Positions 27,284 through 37,787 are shown, numbered from the stretch's first letter. The stretch: 64,000 bases of DNA from Myxococcota bacterium (GCA_036149055.1 JAYZQJ010000004.1:1-64000), one strand, 5' to 3'. The notes: generated by a model from the sequence alone, not told the origin. Made by a program: numbers and translations.

Positions 27284-28684
27284 GTGCCTGCCTCCGATCT
27301 GAGCGACGCGCGGCTCCTCGCGTTCGCGCGCCGCCTGCAGTCCCTCGAGTCCTTCGACGCGCTCGTCGACGAGCTCTGTCGCGAGGTCCGGGAGGCGGTC
27401 GGCTACCACACCGCCTGGCTGGCCCTCTTCGATCAGCGCGGTGACCAGGTCCGGATCCTCTCGGTGCAGGGCGAGATGGCGGAGCGGGTCTGGGAGTCGT
27501 CCGCGATCATCCCGGTCGAGGGTGACCCCTACATGGTGCGGATCCGGGACGAGCGGACCGTCCAGATCATCGAGGACGCGCAGGTCGCCGAGGACGTGAA
27601 CCGCGAGATCGTCGAGGCGCTGGGCAACCGCACGATCGTCAACGTGCCGCTGGCGCTCATCGACCGCGCGGTCGGCGCGATCGGGACGGGCACCTTCGGC
27701 GACCAGGGTGTTCGGCTGCCGAGCGAGGGCGAGCTCCGCTACCTCGAGGGCATGGCCCAGCAGCTCGTGATGGCGTCGGCGCGCCTCCTGCTGGACAAGC
27801 AGCGCGAGGAGGCGGCGGCCGAGCGGGAGGCGCTGCAGCGCAAGCTCGAGGAGCGGCACCGGCTCGAGAGCCTCGGGCGGCTCGCGGGCGAGGTCGCGCA
27901 CGAGTTCAACAACCTCCTGACCGTCATGGTCGGCGGCGCGTCGCTGCTGCTCGCCGACGAGGACGACCCGGAGCGCGCCGAGGAGCTCCAGGCGATCGTG
28001 CACGCGGGGGAGGGCGCGTCGCAGCTCGCGCGCAAGCTCCTCGCCCTCGGCAAGAAGCAGCCGCTCCAGCTCCGCGCGCTCGACCTCCGGGACTGCCTGG
28101 AGGACGCGGTCGGGATCGCGAGCCGGGTGCTGCCCGACGGAGTGACGCTGACCTACGAGGCGGCGGCGGACGCGCAGCCGGTGAACGCCGACATGGGCCA
28201 GATCCGCCGCCTGCTCCTCAACCTGCTGATCAACGCGCGCGACGCGATGCCGGACGGCGGGCCGATCACCCTGCGGAGCGAGCCGGTCACGCTCGACGAG
28301 GCCTACGCGCGCGCGAACCCCTGGGCGCGACCCGGCCGCTACGCGAGGATCGTCGTCGAGGATCGCGGCGAGGGCATGACGCCCGAGGTCCTCGGCCAGA
28401 TCTTCGAGCCCTTCTTCACCACCAAGCAGGAGGAGCGCGGCTCCGGGCTCGGGCTGGCGATCTGCCGCGCGGTGGTGGAGCAGCACGGGGGCTTCGTGCA
28501 CGCGAGCAGCGCGCCGGGGGAGGGCTCGACCTTCGAGGTGCTCCTGCCGGCGTCAGCGCAGGATCAGCCCGCCGAGCAGGGCCTGGACGAGCAGGCCGGC
28601 GAAGGCGGCGCCGACGCTCACCGGCCAGGAGACGCGGTGGGCGACGCGCAGGGCGAGCGCGCTCAGCACCCAGACCCACAGTGA
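27284..28684 (+). CDS. GAF-sensor histidine kinase
   Basis: GAF; AHEFNNLL H-box; NL.INARDAM; D.GEGM; FEPFFTTK; GSGLGL. Confidence 0.9.
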   Translation: MPASDLSDARLLAFARRLQSLESFDALVDELCREVREAVGYHTAWLALFDQRGDQVRILSVQGEMAERVWESSAIIPVEGDPYMVRIRDERTVQIIEDAQVAEDVNREIVEALGNRTIVNVPLALIDRAVGAIGTGTFGDQGVRLPSEGELRYLEGMAQQLVMASARLLLDKQREEAAAEREALQRKLEERHRLESLGRLAGEVAHEFNNLLTVMVGGASLLLADEDDPERAEELQAIVHAGEGASQLARKLLALGKKQPLQLRALDLRDCLEDAVGIASRVLPDGVTLTYEAAADAQPVNADMGQIRRLLLNLLINARDAMPDGGPITLRSEPVTLDEAYARANPWARPGRYARIVVEDRGEGMTPEVLGQIFEPFFTTKQEERGSGLGLAICRAVVEQHGGFVHASSAPGEGSTFEVLLPASAQDQPAEQGLDEQAGEGGADAHRPGDAVGDAQGERAQHPDPQ

Positions 28685-29146
28685 CGCGGCCGGGAGGCTG
28701 ATCCGCGCCGCCACCCGGAGGGCGTCGATGCCCCCGGCGAGGTAGGCGGCGAGCTCGGCCAGCACGTGCACGATCATCGGCGCCGCGTAGGCGAAGCCGA
28801 GGGCGGCCCGGACCCCGGGCTCGTCCCCCTCGCCGCCCGCCTTCGCCGCGATCCGGTGGCTCAGCTCCGCGTGCACCCACCAGAGCCCGGTGAGCACCGG
28901 CAGCATCAGCAGCGCCTGGGCGAGGTAGTAGAGATCGGCGGGGATGGGCAGGAGCACGAAGGCGGGCGCGTGCCCGGCGCTCCACAGCCACACGAGGAGC
29001 ACGCTCCAGAAGAGCGCCAGCAGCGCGATCGCCGACGCGCCGGGGCGCGCCGACGGCTCCCGCGCGAGGCCGGCGAAGGTCGCGCGGGGCGAGAGCAGCG
29101 CCCCGATCAGGCTCGCGGCGAGGCGCGTGTCGGCGGGCTCGGTCAC
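28553..29146 (-). CDS. YIP1 family membrane protein
   Basis: L.SPRATF..L; about 5 TMs; coupled to the dus stop codon. Confidence 0.7.
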   Translation of the reverse strand: MTEPADTRLAASLIGALLSPRATFAGLAREPSARPGASAIALLALFWSVLLVWLWSAGHAPAFVLLPIPADLYYLAQALLMLPVLTGLWWVHAELSHRIAAKAGGEGDEPGVRAALGFAYAAPMIVHVLAELAAYLAGGIDALRVAARISLPAASLWVWVLSALALRVAHRVSWPVSVGAAFAGLLVQALLGGLILR

Positions 29147-30165
29147 GCCGCGGCGGGCGTGACCGACAGCCCCTCGGCCTCGCGCTGGGCGAGGTAGGCC
29201 TCGTACTCGTCGTAGAGCGCGTGGACCTCGTCGAGCGGATCGGCGCGGTTGAGCCGGTTGCGCAGGGTCGAGCTGCCCGGCAGGCCCTTCAGGTAGCCCG
29301 GGTAGTAGCGGCGCATGTAGCGCACCGCGCGCAGCGGGCCGCGGCGCTCGACGTTGGCGGCGAGGTGCTCGCGGCAGAGGGCCATGCGCTCGCGCCAGCC
29401 CACCGGCTCGGGCTCGACGCCCCGGTCGAGCAGGTCGCGGCACTCGCCGATGATCCAGGGATGCGCGATCGCGCCGCGCCCCACCATCACGCCGGCGCAG
29501 CCGGTCTCCTCGATGGCGCGCTGGGCGTCCCACGCGGACTTCACGTCGCCGTTGACGATCACCGGCATGTCGACGACCTCGCGGGTCTTCGCGGCCCAGC
29601 TCCAGTCGGCCTGGCCGGAGTGGCCCATCTTGGCGGTGCGGCAGTGGATGGTGATGACCCGCACGCCGACGTCCTCGAGGCGGCGGGCGAGGTCGACGAT
29701 CGGCATCTCGGACTCGGGGCCCCAGCCGATGCGCGTCTTGACGGTGACGGGGAGCGAGACCTGCTTCACGACCCGGGCGGCCATCTCCACCATCGCCTCC
29801 GGGTCGCGGAGCCAGCCGGCCCCGGCGCCGCGGCGCGCGATCTTGGGCACCCAGCAGCCGCAGTTGATGTCGAGGAACACCGGCTCGGCCGCCTCGGCGA
29901 TGGTGGCCGCCTCGACCAGGCGATCGGGGTCCGAGCCGTAGATCTGGATGGCGGTGGGGTGATCGGCCGGGCGCTCGAGCACGAGCTTGCGCTTGGCGTT
30001 CTTGCAGCCCCGGAGCAGCCCCTCGACGTTGACGAACTCGGTCACGCAGAGGTCGGCGCCGCGGTCCCGGCAGAGCTTGCGGAACACGGCGTCGCTCACG
30101 TCCTCCATCGGAGCCACGATGGCGGGCTGGCTGGCGAAATAGGCGTCGAAGTCGAACGGCTGCAT
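29143..30165 (-). CDS. dusB: tRNA-dihydrouridine synthase (DusB-like)
   Basis: APME.VSD..FR, TEFV, QIYGS, DINCGC, VTVKTRIGW, H.RT, NGDV, VMVGRG. Confidence 0.88.
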   Translation of the reverse strand: MQPFDFDAYFASQPAIVAPMEDVSDAVFRKLCRDRGADLCVTEFVNVEGLLRGCKNAKRKLVLERPADHPTAIQIYGSDPDRLVEAATIAEAAEPVFLDINCGCWVPKIARRGAGAGWLRDPEAMVEMAARVVKQVSLPVTVKTRIGWGPESEMPIVDLARRLEDVGVRVITIHCRTAKMGHSGQADWSWAAKTREVVDMPVIVNGDVKSAWDAQRAIEETGCAGVMVGRGAIAHPWIIGECRDLLDRGVEPEPVGWRERMALCREHLAANVERRGPLRAVRYMRRYYPGYLKGLPGSSTLRNRLNRADPLDEVHALYDEYEAYLAQREAEGLSVTPAAA

Positions 30166-30226
30166 CGGAGCGAAGGGTATGAGCCAAGAACGGGCCCGAT
30201 GCCACTCCGCGCCGGGGCCGGCGGGA

Positions 30227-32521
30227 TCAGGGAGTGCAGGCGTTCGGCTCCGGGGCGCCCGTCGTGGTGAAGCGCACCGCGTCGCCGGTGAGCGAGAACG
30301 AGACCGCCTCGCGCCCGCTGACCGCGTAGCCGTAGTCCCTCGCCGCGTTCTGGACGCCCTGGGTGTGTGGGCCGCCGTCGGTCGGGCAGCTGACGCAGAT
30401 CACCTCGGCCTCGTCCACGCCCTCGCGCAGCACGACCTGGAAGGTCACCAGGTTGCCGCCGCCGAAGTGCGGGACGTCCTCGAACTCGACCACGAACTCG
30501 CGGTTCGGCGCGGCGCCGAGGAGCTGGTGGCGGATGCGGCCGCCCCCCGACGGGTTCAGGTCCTCCCAGAACGCGGCGATGCCGGGCCCGGGGAGCGAGG
30601 TGCTCGGCAGGGTGCGGCCCGAGCAGCAGCCGCTCCCGCCGGTCGCGAACGCGACCCAGCCGTTCGAGCCCACGTAGGCGCTGCTGTAGGCGGTGCCGAA
30701 GAAGTCGAACGAGAAGCCGATCGGCAGCGCGCTCGACACCTGATCGTCGGACAGCGTGAGCGTGGTGGCCGCCGCGGTGAGGGCGCGCCGGCTCACCGGG
30801 ACCGGCCGCGCGATCGCGCGGTCGCCGCCGCTGCTCGAGGCGGTGGGCGGATCGTTCGACAGGCGCGGGCAGGGATCCGACGCGTCGCAGACCCCGTCCG
30901 GGCCCGCGCTCACGCCGGTGACGTAGCGCACCGCGTCTCCGATCGCGCCGAACGTGGTGCCTTGCCGGAGCGGCATCGAGTAGCCGAAGCTCTGCGTGCG
31001 GTCCTGCACGCCCTGGGTGTGGCTGCCTCCGTCGCTCTGGCAGTTGACGCAGAGGATCTCCGCCTGGTCGTCGGCCTCGCGCAGGACGAGCTGCATCGTG
31101 ACCGGCGTGCCGCTCGGGAAGTGCTGGATCGCGTCGAACTCGACCACGAATTCCCGGCTCGGCGCGGCGCCGATCGTCTGGTAGCGGATCGCGCCGCCCT
31201 CCGGCGGATCGAAGTCCTCCCAGAAGAGCGCGATGGCGCGGTTGGGCAGGGCGGTCGAGGGGAGCACGCCGCCGCTGCAGCAGCCGGAGCTGGAGGGCGC
31301 GTCGAAGCTCACCCAGCCGTTCGAGCCGACGTAGACGGACGAGAAGGCCGTCCCGAAGAAGTCGAAGGTGAAGCCGATGGGGAGCGCGCCCGAGAAGGCG
31401 TCGTCGCCGAGGGTGAGCGTGGCGGGCGCGGGCAACGTCCGGCGGCTGAGGGGCACCTCGTAGCCGTAGGCCCACGGGCCGCTGACGTCCGAGTCGGGGC
31501 AGCTCGCGCCGCGGCACGTCCCGGCGGTGCAGACGTCGCCCGTGGTGGTCGGGTCTCCGTCGTCGCAGGCGGTGCCGTCGACGATCGGGGTGGCGCGGCA
31601 GCCGCCGGTGGCCGGATCGCAGCTGCCGACGTTGCACATGTCGGTGAGCCCGGAGCAGTCGGTCGTGGCGCCGCCGCAGGCGCCCGCGGAACAGACGTCG
31701 CCGGTCGTGCAGAGATCGCCGTCGCTGCAGCCGGTCCCGTCGGCGAGCGGGGTGGCCACGCAGCTGCCGGTCCCCGGATCGCAGACGCCCGCGTTGCACC
31801 CGTCGGAGAGACCCGAGCAGTCGCGCGGGGCGCCGGCGCAGCTGCCCGCGGTGCAGACGTCGGCGGTGGTGCAGAGGCTGCCGTCGTCGCAGGCAGTGCC
31901 GTCCACGCGCGGCATGGCGACGCAGGCGCCGCTGCTCGCGTCGCAGACGCCGACGTTGCACATGTCGCCCGCGGCGCTGCAGTCCACCGTCGTCCCCGCG
32001 CAGGCGCCCGCCGCGCAGGCGTCCATCGTGGTGCAGGCGTCGCCGTCGTCGCAGGCGGCGCCGTCCGGCACCGGGGTCGCGACGCAGCTCCCGGTGGCCG
32101 GGTCGCAGCTGCCGACGTTGCAGGCGTCACCGGATCCGCTGCAGTCGAGCGCGTCTCCGACGCACGCCCCCGCGCTGCAGGCGTCCATCGTGGTGCAGGC
32201 GTCGCCGTCGTCGCAGCTCGTCCCGTCGGGGCGCGGCGAGACCCCGCAGCTCCCGTCGAGCGGGTCGCAGGTGCCCACGTTGCACGCGTCGTCGAGGCTC
32301 GAGCAGTCGACCCCGAGGCAGAGATCGTCCGGGCCGGCGTCGGGCGGGTCCTCGCCGCCGTCCTCGCCGCCGTCCCGCTCCTCGCCGGCGTCGATCGTGT
32401 CGCCACCGTCGAGGGTGGCGACGCCGGAGTCGAGCTCGGTCTCTCCGGCGTCGCCGTCGGTCCCGCCGCTCGCGCACGCGGTGGTCAGGACGAGGGCGAG
32501 CAGGATACGCGTGTAAGTCAT
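30227..32521 (-). CDS. Lipoprotein with tandem Cys-rich repeats and two duplicated NIDO-like domains
   Basis: TTAC lipobox; five CNVG.CDP..G.C...P..DGT.CDDGD.CTT.D.C.AG.C repeats; two copies of LPIGF.FDFFGT...YVGSNG...FWED. Confidence 0.8.
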   Translation of the reverse strand: MTYTRILLALVLTTACASGGTDGDAGETELDSGVATLDGGDTIDAGEERDGGEDGGEDPPDAGPDDLCLGVDCSSLDDACNVGTCDPLDGSCGVSPRPDGTSCDDGDACTTMDACSAGACVGDALDCSGSGDACNVGSCDPATGSCVATPVPDGAACDDGDACTTMDACAAGACAGTTVDCSAAGDMCNVGVCDASSGACVAMPRVDGTACDDGSLCTTADVCTAGSCAGAPRDCSGLSDGCNAGVCDPGTGSCVATPLADGTGCSDGDLCTTGDVCSAGACGGATTDCSGLTDMCNVGSCDPATGGCRATPIVDGTACDDGDPTTTGDVCTAGTCRGASCPDSDVSGPWAYGYEVPLSRRTLPAPATLTLGDDAFSGALPIGFTFDFFGTAFSSVYVGSNGWVSFDAPSSSGCCSGGVLPSTALPNRAIALFWEDFDPPEGGAIRYQTIGAAPSREFVVEFDAIQHFPSGTPVTMQLVLREADDQAEILCVNCQSDGGSHTQGVQDRTQSFGYSMPLRQGTTFGAIGDAVRYVTGVSAGPDGVCDASDPCPRLSNDPPTASSSGGDRAIARPVPVSRRALTAAATTLTLSDDQVSSALPIGFSFDFFGTAYSSAYVGSNGWVAFATGGSGCCSGRTLPSTSLPGPGIAAFWEDLNPSGGGRIRHQLLGAAPNREFVVEFEDVPHFGGGNLVTFQVVLREGVDEAEVICVSCPTDGGPHTQGVQNAARDYGYAVSGREAVSFSLTGDAVRFTTTGAPEPNACTP

Positions 32522-32561
32522 CCGTGGATTCTTACACGTCCTCCCTCGCCTTACGACGATC

Positions 32562-33812
32562 TCACAGCGACCGCAGATAGGCGGCGAGATCGGCGGCCGC
32601 CTCGGCGGACAGGCCCAGCCCCAGGACCGCGTCGTAGTGGGCCACCACGTCCTCGAGGGTCTCGGCGCTGCCGTCGTGGAAGTAGGGCGCCCGGTGCCAG
32701 GCGCCCCGGAGCGGCGTGGTCCGGTACATGCCCGTGACGCTGCGGCGGGCCTCGGTCGGATCCATGCCGGTCTCCTCCGGCGCGTGCAGCGTGGGCGCGT
32801 CGGTGAACGTGCTCCCCGCGTGGCAGCTCGCGCAGCTCGCCTCGAAGACCGTCCGCCCGCGCGCGGCCGCGGCGGCGTCGAAGCTCCCCTCGGGCGGAGA
32901 CGGCGCGGGGATGGACAGCTGGTAGTCGCGGAGCGCCGGCAGCTTGGGGGTGACCAGGTCCGGCTCCTGCACGATGTCGAGGCCGAGGCGCTCGTCCTGG
33001 AAGTTGCCGTGCCCACCCATCTGGGTGACCGCGACGTAGGCGTTCCAGTACGAGAGGGGTCCCTCGCCGGTGTAGGTCTCGAGCGGCACGCCGGCGAGCC
33101 CGTAGGCCGGCGGGATGAGGACCGGCGCGCTCTCCCCGTCCTGGTTGAAGCGCGCGTCGAAGCGGCCCGGTCCCCAGCTCTCGAGCGCCGCCCTCGCCGC
33201 CTCGGTCTCCACCCCGAGGCTCGCGGCCAAGGTCGGGAGGCCGGGCGTCAGCGCGAGGATCGCGCCCGGGTCGAGGTCGCGGTTCGGCCAGCCGTCGAGC
33301 CGGCTCCCCACGCCCGGCATCGCGGAGTCGTCCACCGTCGAGTGGCAGAGCGCGCAGGTGATGCCGACGCGGGTCACCGCGCCGTCCTCGACCGTGGCGC
33401 GCACCCCCACCACCGCGTTCAGCGAGAGCAGGGCCACGGTGGTCGCCGGGTCGTCGAGGTCGGCGGACGCGAGCACCTCCGGCGGCACCGCCTCCGCGTC
33501 GACCTTCAGCCCGACCGCGAGCGCGGTCGTCGGCGGGATGGCGCTCACCAGCTCGTTCAGCCGGAGCACGTCGGTCCACAGCTGCTCGTCACCGAAGGTG
33601 TCGTGCCGGAAGATGCATTGCCCGTCGTCGAGCGCGCATGGGCCGAGGTCCACGCCGCCGTCGGTGGGCCCCGCGTCCGGCGGTCCGGCGTCGGCGGTCG
33701 GCCCCGCGTCGAGTCTCCGGCCGGCGTCGTCCGGCTCGGCGTCGCCGTCGTCGCAGCCCACGAAGAGCAGGGCGAGGACGCCCAGCGCGCTCCAGATGAT
33801 TCGTCGTTCCAT
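32562..33812 (-). CDS. Di-heme c-type cytochrome lipoprotein
   Basis: FVGC lipobox; CALCH and CASCH; YRT.PLRG...APYFHDGS. Confidence 0.8.
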   Translation of the reverse strand: MERRIIWSALGVLALLFVGCDDGDAEPDDAGRRLDAGPTADAGPPDAGPTDGGVDLGPCALDDGQCIFRHDTFGDEQLWTDVLRLNELVSAIPPTTALAVGLKVDAEAVPPEVLASADLDDPATTVALLSLNAVVGVRATVEDGAVTRVGITCALCHSTVDDSAMPGVGSRLDGWPNRDLDPGAILALTPGLPTLAASLGVETEAARAALESWGPGRFDARFNQDGESAPVLIPPAYGLAGVPLETYTGEGPLSYWNAYVAVTQMGGHGNFQDERLGLDIVQEPDLVTPKLPALRDYQLSIPAPSPPEGSFDAAAAARGRTVFEASCASCHAGSTFTDAPTLHAPEETGMDPTEARRSVTGMYRTTPLRGAWHRAPYFHDGSAETLEDVVAHYDAVLGLGLSAEAAADLAAYLRSL

Positions 33813-33877
33813 GGCTGTCTCCCCTCGCCACGCCGAGCCGCGCGGGGCGGACCGCGTTACAGGCGATATGCTCCGGC

Positions 33878-34714
33878 GTGGCCTTCGACCCGGCTCCCAA
33901 CCGCGACCCGTCGGGGAACGAGCGCTGGATGGTGCTCGGGGCCTTCGTGTTCGGGGTCGTCGCGCTGGTGGCGATCGTGATCGACGACTACCAGCCGGCG
34001 AAGCTCGCGCCGGTCTTCATGCTGCTCGCGTGGTTCCCGCTCATCGCCCTGCACGAGCTCGGGCACCTGCTCGCGGCCCGCGCCCTCGGCTGGGAGGTGC
34101 GGGAGATGGTGATCGGCTTCGGCTCCGAGATCGCGCGCTTCACGGTGCGCGGGCTCCCGGTCCGGCTGAAGATGTATCCGATCGCCGGCTGGGTGACGCC
34201 GGTGCCGACCACGCTGCGCGGCGTGCGCTGGAGGAGCGCCCTCGTCTACCTCGCCGGCCCGCTCGTCGAGCTGACGCTCGTGCTCGTCCTGCTGGGGGTG
34301 ATCGGCTGGGACGAGATGCTCTCTCGCACCGATCGCGTCGGCGTGATCGCCGCGCAGGGCGTGGCCCTCGCCGCGCTCCTCGACGTCATCAGCAACCTGA
34401 TCCCCCGGTCCGCCCAGACCGAGCACGGCTGGAGCCACACCGACGGCCTCGGGGCCCTGCGCGCGCTCAGCCGCCCGCGCGCCGAGTACGTCGCGCTCGT
34501 GCGCGAGGTGCACGAGGAGAAGATCGCGGACGCGGTGGCCGCGCGCGACGGCGGCGCCCTGCTCGACGCGTGCGAGGTGGCCTACGCCGCGCTCGGCGAC
34601 GACCCGCACCTCCGCTCGATGATGGGCGCCGCGGTGGCCGAGCTGTCGCGCGACGGCGGCCTCGACGCGCGGGGCCGCCGCCTCCCGGACGCGGTGCTGC
34701 GGCGCGCCGGCTGA
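33878..34714 (+). CDS. Site-2 protease / M50 family metallopeptidase
   Basis: HELGH, IGFG, LAGP, NLIP...TDG. Confidence 0.85.
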   Translation: MAFDPAPNRDPSGNERWMVLGAFVFGVVALVAIVIDDYQPAKLAPVFMLLAWFPLIALHELGHLLAARALGWEVREMVIGFGSEIARFTVRGLPVRLKMYPIAGWVTPVPTTLRGVRWRSALVYLAGPLVELTLVLVLLGVIGWDEMLSRTDRVGVIAAQGVALAALLDVISNLIPRSAQTEHGWSHTDGLGALRALSRPRAEYVALVREVHEEKIADAVAARDGGALLDACEVAYAALGDDPHLRSMMGAAVAELSRDGGLDARGRRLPDAVLRRAG

Positions 34715-35977
34715 TCAGCGCAGGGCGCGGAGCGCGCGCTGCACGGCCTCGCGATCGATGGTGCCCTGCCCCTCGAGCGCCCGCTGGTAGAAGGTCCGCG
34801 CCTGGCCGGCCTGACGGCGCGCGCGCATCACGTCGCCCATCAGCGCGAGGGCGGGGGCGTGGCTCGGGTGCTGCCCGATGACGCGCTGCAGGAAGCCGAC
34901 GGCGAGCACCGGGCGCTCCTGCGCGAGCGCGAGGCGGGCGGCCTGCACGAGCGGCTCGGGGTTGCGGGGGTCGAGGTCGGCGGCGTGGCGGTACTGCTCG
35001 TAGGCCTCCTCCGCGCGCTCGGTGCTCGCGAAGACCTGCGCGAGCGCCATCACGCTCTCGGCGTCGTTGGGCACGTCGTCGAGCGCGTCGCGGAGGGTCT
35101 CCTCGGCCGCCTCGTACTGGCCGGCGGCGGCGAGGGCCCGGCCGAGCCCGGCGCGCGCGCCCGCGAGGTGCGAGTCGCCCGCGATCGCCTCGCGGTAGAC
35201 GCGGATCGCCTCCTCGTGCTCACCGGCGGCGCTGAGCGCGTCGCCGAGCGCGGCCTGCGCCGCCGACCACCCGGGCCGGTTCTGCACCGCCTCGCGGAGG
35301 TGCTGCGCCGCCTGCGGGCCGCTGAGGAGGCGGCCGAGCTCGAAGTCCACGTCGGGGTCGTTCGGGGCCAGCTCGTGGGCGCGCCGGAGGTGCTGCACGG
35401 CCTGCTCCTCGCCATGCGCGGCCGCGAAGAGCTGCCCGAGGCCGAGGTGCGGCTCGGCGCTCTGCGGGTTCGCTCTGATCGCGCGACCGTAGGCCTCCTC
35501 GGCCTCCTGGATGGAGCCGCGCAGCCGGTGCGCGTCGCCGAGCGCGAGCAGCGCCTCGAAGTCGTTCGGCGCGGTCTGGAGCGCGGCCTCGAGCTCCTCG
35601 AACGCGCGCGACGAGCGGTTCCAGGCGAGGAAGGCGCGGGCCATGCACACGTGCCCGACCGCGCTGTCCCGATCCGCGCGCTGGATCGCGCGACACTGCC
35701 CCCGCGCCCGGCGGTACTCGTTCTGCGCGAACTCGACCCGCGCCGCCTCGTAGAGCGCCGCCGGATCGCCGCGCCGCAGCCGGGCCGCGCGCCGCAGCGT
35801 CGCGCTCGCCTCCCGGTAGCGCCCCGCGTCGAGCTGCGCCCGGCCGAGCGCGACCTGGGCGTCGTAGTCCCGCGGGTTCGCGCGCGCGGCCTCTCGCAGA
35901 CCGGCGAGCGCCGTCTCCTGGGCGAGCGCCGGGCTGGCGGCGAGGACGAGCGAGAGGGCGATGGTGAGTCGAATCAT
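34715..35977 (-). CDS. Exported tetratricopeptide repeat protein
   Basis: Signal peptide; many 34-aa TPR repeats. Confidence 0.88.
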   Translation of the reverse strand: MIRLTIALSLVLAASPALAQETALAGLREAARANPRDYDAQVALGRAQLDAGRYREASATLRRAARLRRGDPAALYEAARVEFAQNEYRRARGQCRAIQRADRDSAVGHVCMARAFLAWNRSSRAFEELEAALQTAPNDFEALLALGDAHRLRGSIQEAEEAYGRAIRANPQSAEPHLGLGQLFAAAHGEEQAVQHLRRAHELAPNDPDVDFELGRLLSGPQAAQHLREAVQNRPGWSAAQAALGDALSAAGEHEEAIRVYREAIAGDSHLAGARAGLGRALAAAGQYEAAEETLRDALDDVPNDAESVMALAQVFASTERAEEAYEQYRHAADLDPRNPEPLVQAARLALAQERPVLAVGFLQRVIGQHPSHAPALALMGDVMRARRQAGQARTFYQRALEGQGTIDREAVQRALRALR

Positions 35978-36053
35978 GAGAGACCTCGGGGGCTTCCGAC
36001 GCAGCGAGGCGTCGGATCTTCAGTGCTCTCTATACCACCGGCGCGCGCCGCGC

Positions 36054-37787
36054 TCAGAAGGACCGGAGATGCGCCACCAGATCGGCGCGCTGGCCGTCGT
36101 CGAGGTGCTCGATGCGCCCGTGCCCCGGCGTGTGGCACTCCGCGAACCGGGCCTCGAGGGTCTCGGCGCAGCCGTCGTGGAACAGCGGCAGCCGCTCGGC
36201 GAGGCCCACGAGCGGGGGCGTCTGGAACGCGCCTCCGGTCCCGACGTCGTGGGAGCGGCCGTCGGTGCCGCGGGCGCCCGAGTGACAGCGCGCGCAGCCG
36301 ATCTCGGGGTCGCGGAAGAGGGCCCGGCCGCGTCGGGCCGCGTCGCGATCACGCTCGAGCGGCCGCGGGGGATCGGGGAGGGTGTCGACCCAGCGCTCGA
36401 GCGCCTCGACGTCCCCGGGGCCCGGCGCCTCGCCGCCCATGCGCTCCACGAACACCAGGCTCATCAGATCGGCGAAGGAGGCGACGTCGCCCGCCCAGTG
36501 GAAGGGCGCGCTCCCCGCGATGCCGCCGGTCAGCGTCTGCGTGCGGCGCGCCGCGTGGTCGAGGCGCCAGACGTGCCCGTCGTCGGCGCCCTCCGGATGG
36601 CACGTGGCGCAGGCGACGCCCCGCGCGGTGACGTCGTGGAAGAGCTCGTGCCCGCGGTCCGGGGGCGCCCCCTCGCCGAGGCGCGCGTGTCGGCCTCCGT
36701 ACTCGGTCGGCCGGCGGTCCTCGAAGATCCCGATCCCCGGCGGGTCGACGTACTGGGTCACGATGCCCACCGCCGGGTGGAAGGCCAGCGCGACCGGCCG
36801 GCCTCCGTCGTGCCTCCGCGACGCGTAGGGGAAGTCGCGGCCCGTCTCCGGGTAGAGGATGGTGACCTCGCGCCGCCCGGCCTCGGCGACCGCGATCCGA
36901 TCCGGCGCGAGCGCCACCGCGTCGACCGGGAGCGCGACGAAGTCGAAGGCGGCGGTGCGCTCGACCCGCCCGTCCCGGAAGCGGGTGACGCCGGTCTCGA
37001 CGACGCCGCCCCCGTAGTACCGGTCGCGGCCCTCGAGCGCCTCGCCGACCAGCGGATCGGTCAGGTGCCACTGGTGCAGCATCCAGTGCCCGCCGTCGGG
37101 CGCGCCCAGCGTGCGCCAGGCGACCCGGGCCGCGAACCCGAGGTCGTCGACGTCGCCCACCGGTCCGCGCCGGTCCGGCGGGGTCGTGGACACGGCGCGG
37201 GCGCTCGAGACCCGCACCAGCTCCGCGCTCCGGAAGCGGGACACCCAGACGCCCTCGGCGCCGGCCCCGACGTCGCGGAGATCGCCCCGGAGCTCGCGCG
37301 TGCGCCGGCCGCCGCGCGGGTCGAGGGTCACGAGGTCGCCCCCCGCGCACGCCACGTGCAGGACGTCTCCCTCGAACGCCAGGCCGGTGGGCGACGGACA
37401 GACGGCGCGCCGCCGGGGGCGAGGCCGACCGGTCGCGAAGGACACGACCGCCGCGGCTCCGCGCAGGGTGACGTGCGCGACGCCGACGTCGTCGACGACC
37501 ACGCGGCCCGGGCGGTCCCCCGGGTCCAGCCACACCGGCTCGAGGACCTCCAGCGCCTCGCCCTCGAGGTCGACGCGCCACACGACGTCGCGATCCGGAT
37601 CGGCCGCGATCGCCATCCGGCCGTCCGGCGTGAGCGCGAGGCTGCCCCCCGACAGCGGCGCGGGCGCGCGGTGAGCCCTCACCTCCGGGTGCGGGATCTC
37701 CGTCTCGACGGTCGGCGCGGCGGCCGGCGGCTGGGTCAGCGGCGGCGCGCAGGCGGAGAGCGAGACGAGCAGGAGCCAGGGGCGCAT
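36054..37787 (-). CDS. Beta-propeller plus di-heme cytochrome c (peroxidase/MauG-like) lipoprotein
   Basis: LSAC lipobox; CATCH..G..DG..W, PFHWAG, CARCH, FQTP.L.G....PLFHDG. Confidence 0.8.
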   Translation of the reverse strand: MRPWLLLVSLSACAPPLTQPPAAAPTVETEIPHPEVRAHRAPAPLSGGSLALTPDGRMAIAADPDRDVVWRVDLEGEALEVLEPVWLDPGDRPGRVVVDDVGVAHVTLRGAAAVVSFATGRPRPRRRAVCPSPTGLAFEGDVLHVACAGGDLVTLDPRGGRRTRELRGDLRDVGAGAEGVWVSRFRSAELVRVSSARAVSTTPPDRRGPVGDVDDLGFAARVAWRTLGAPDGGHWMLHQWHLTDPLVGEALEGRDRYYGGGVVETGVTRFRDGRVERTAAFDFVALPVDAVALAPDRIAVAEAGRREVTILYPETGRDFPYASRRHDGGRPVALAFHPAVGIVTQYVDPPGIGIFEDRRPTEYGGRHARLGEGAPPDRGHELFHDVTARGVACATCHPEGADDGHVWRLDHAARRTQTLTGGIAGSAPFHWAGDVASFADLMSLVFVERMGGEAPGPGDVEALERWVDTLPDPPRPLERDRDAARRGRALFRDPEIGCARCHSGARGTDGRSHDVGTGGAFQTPPLVGLAERLPLFHDGCAETLEARFAECHTPGHGRIEHLDDGQRADLVAHLRSF

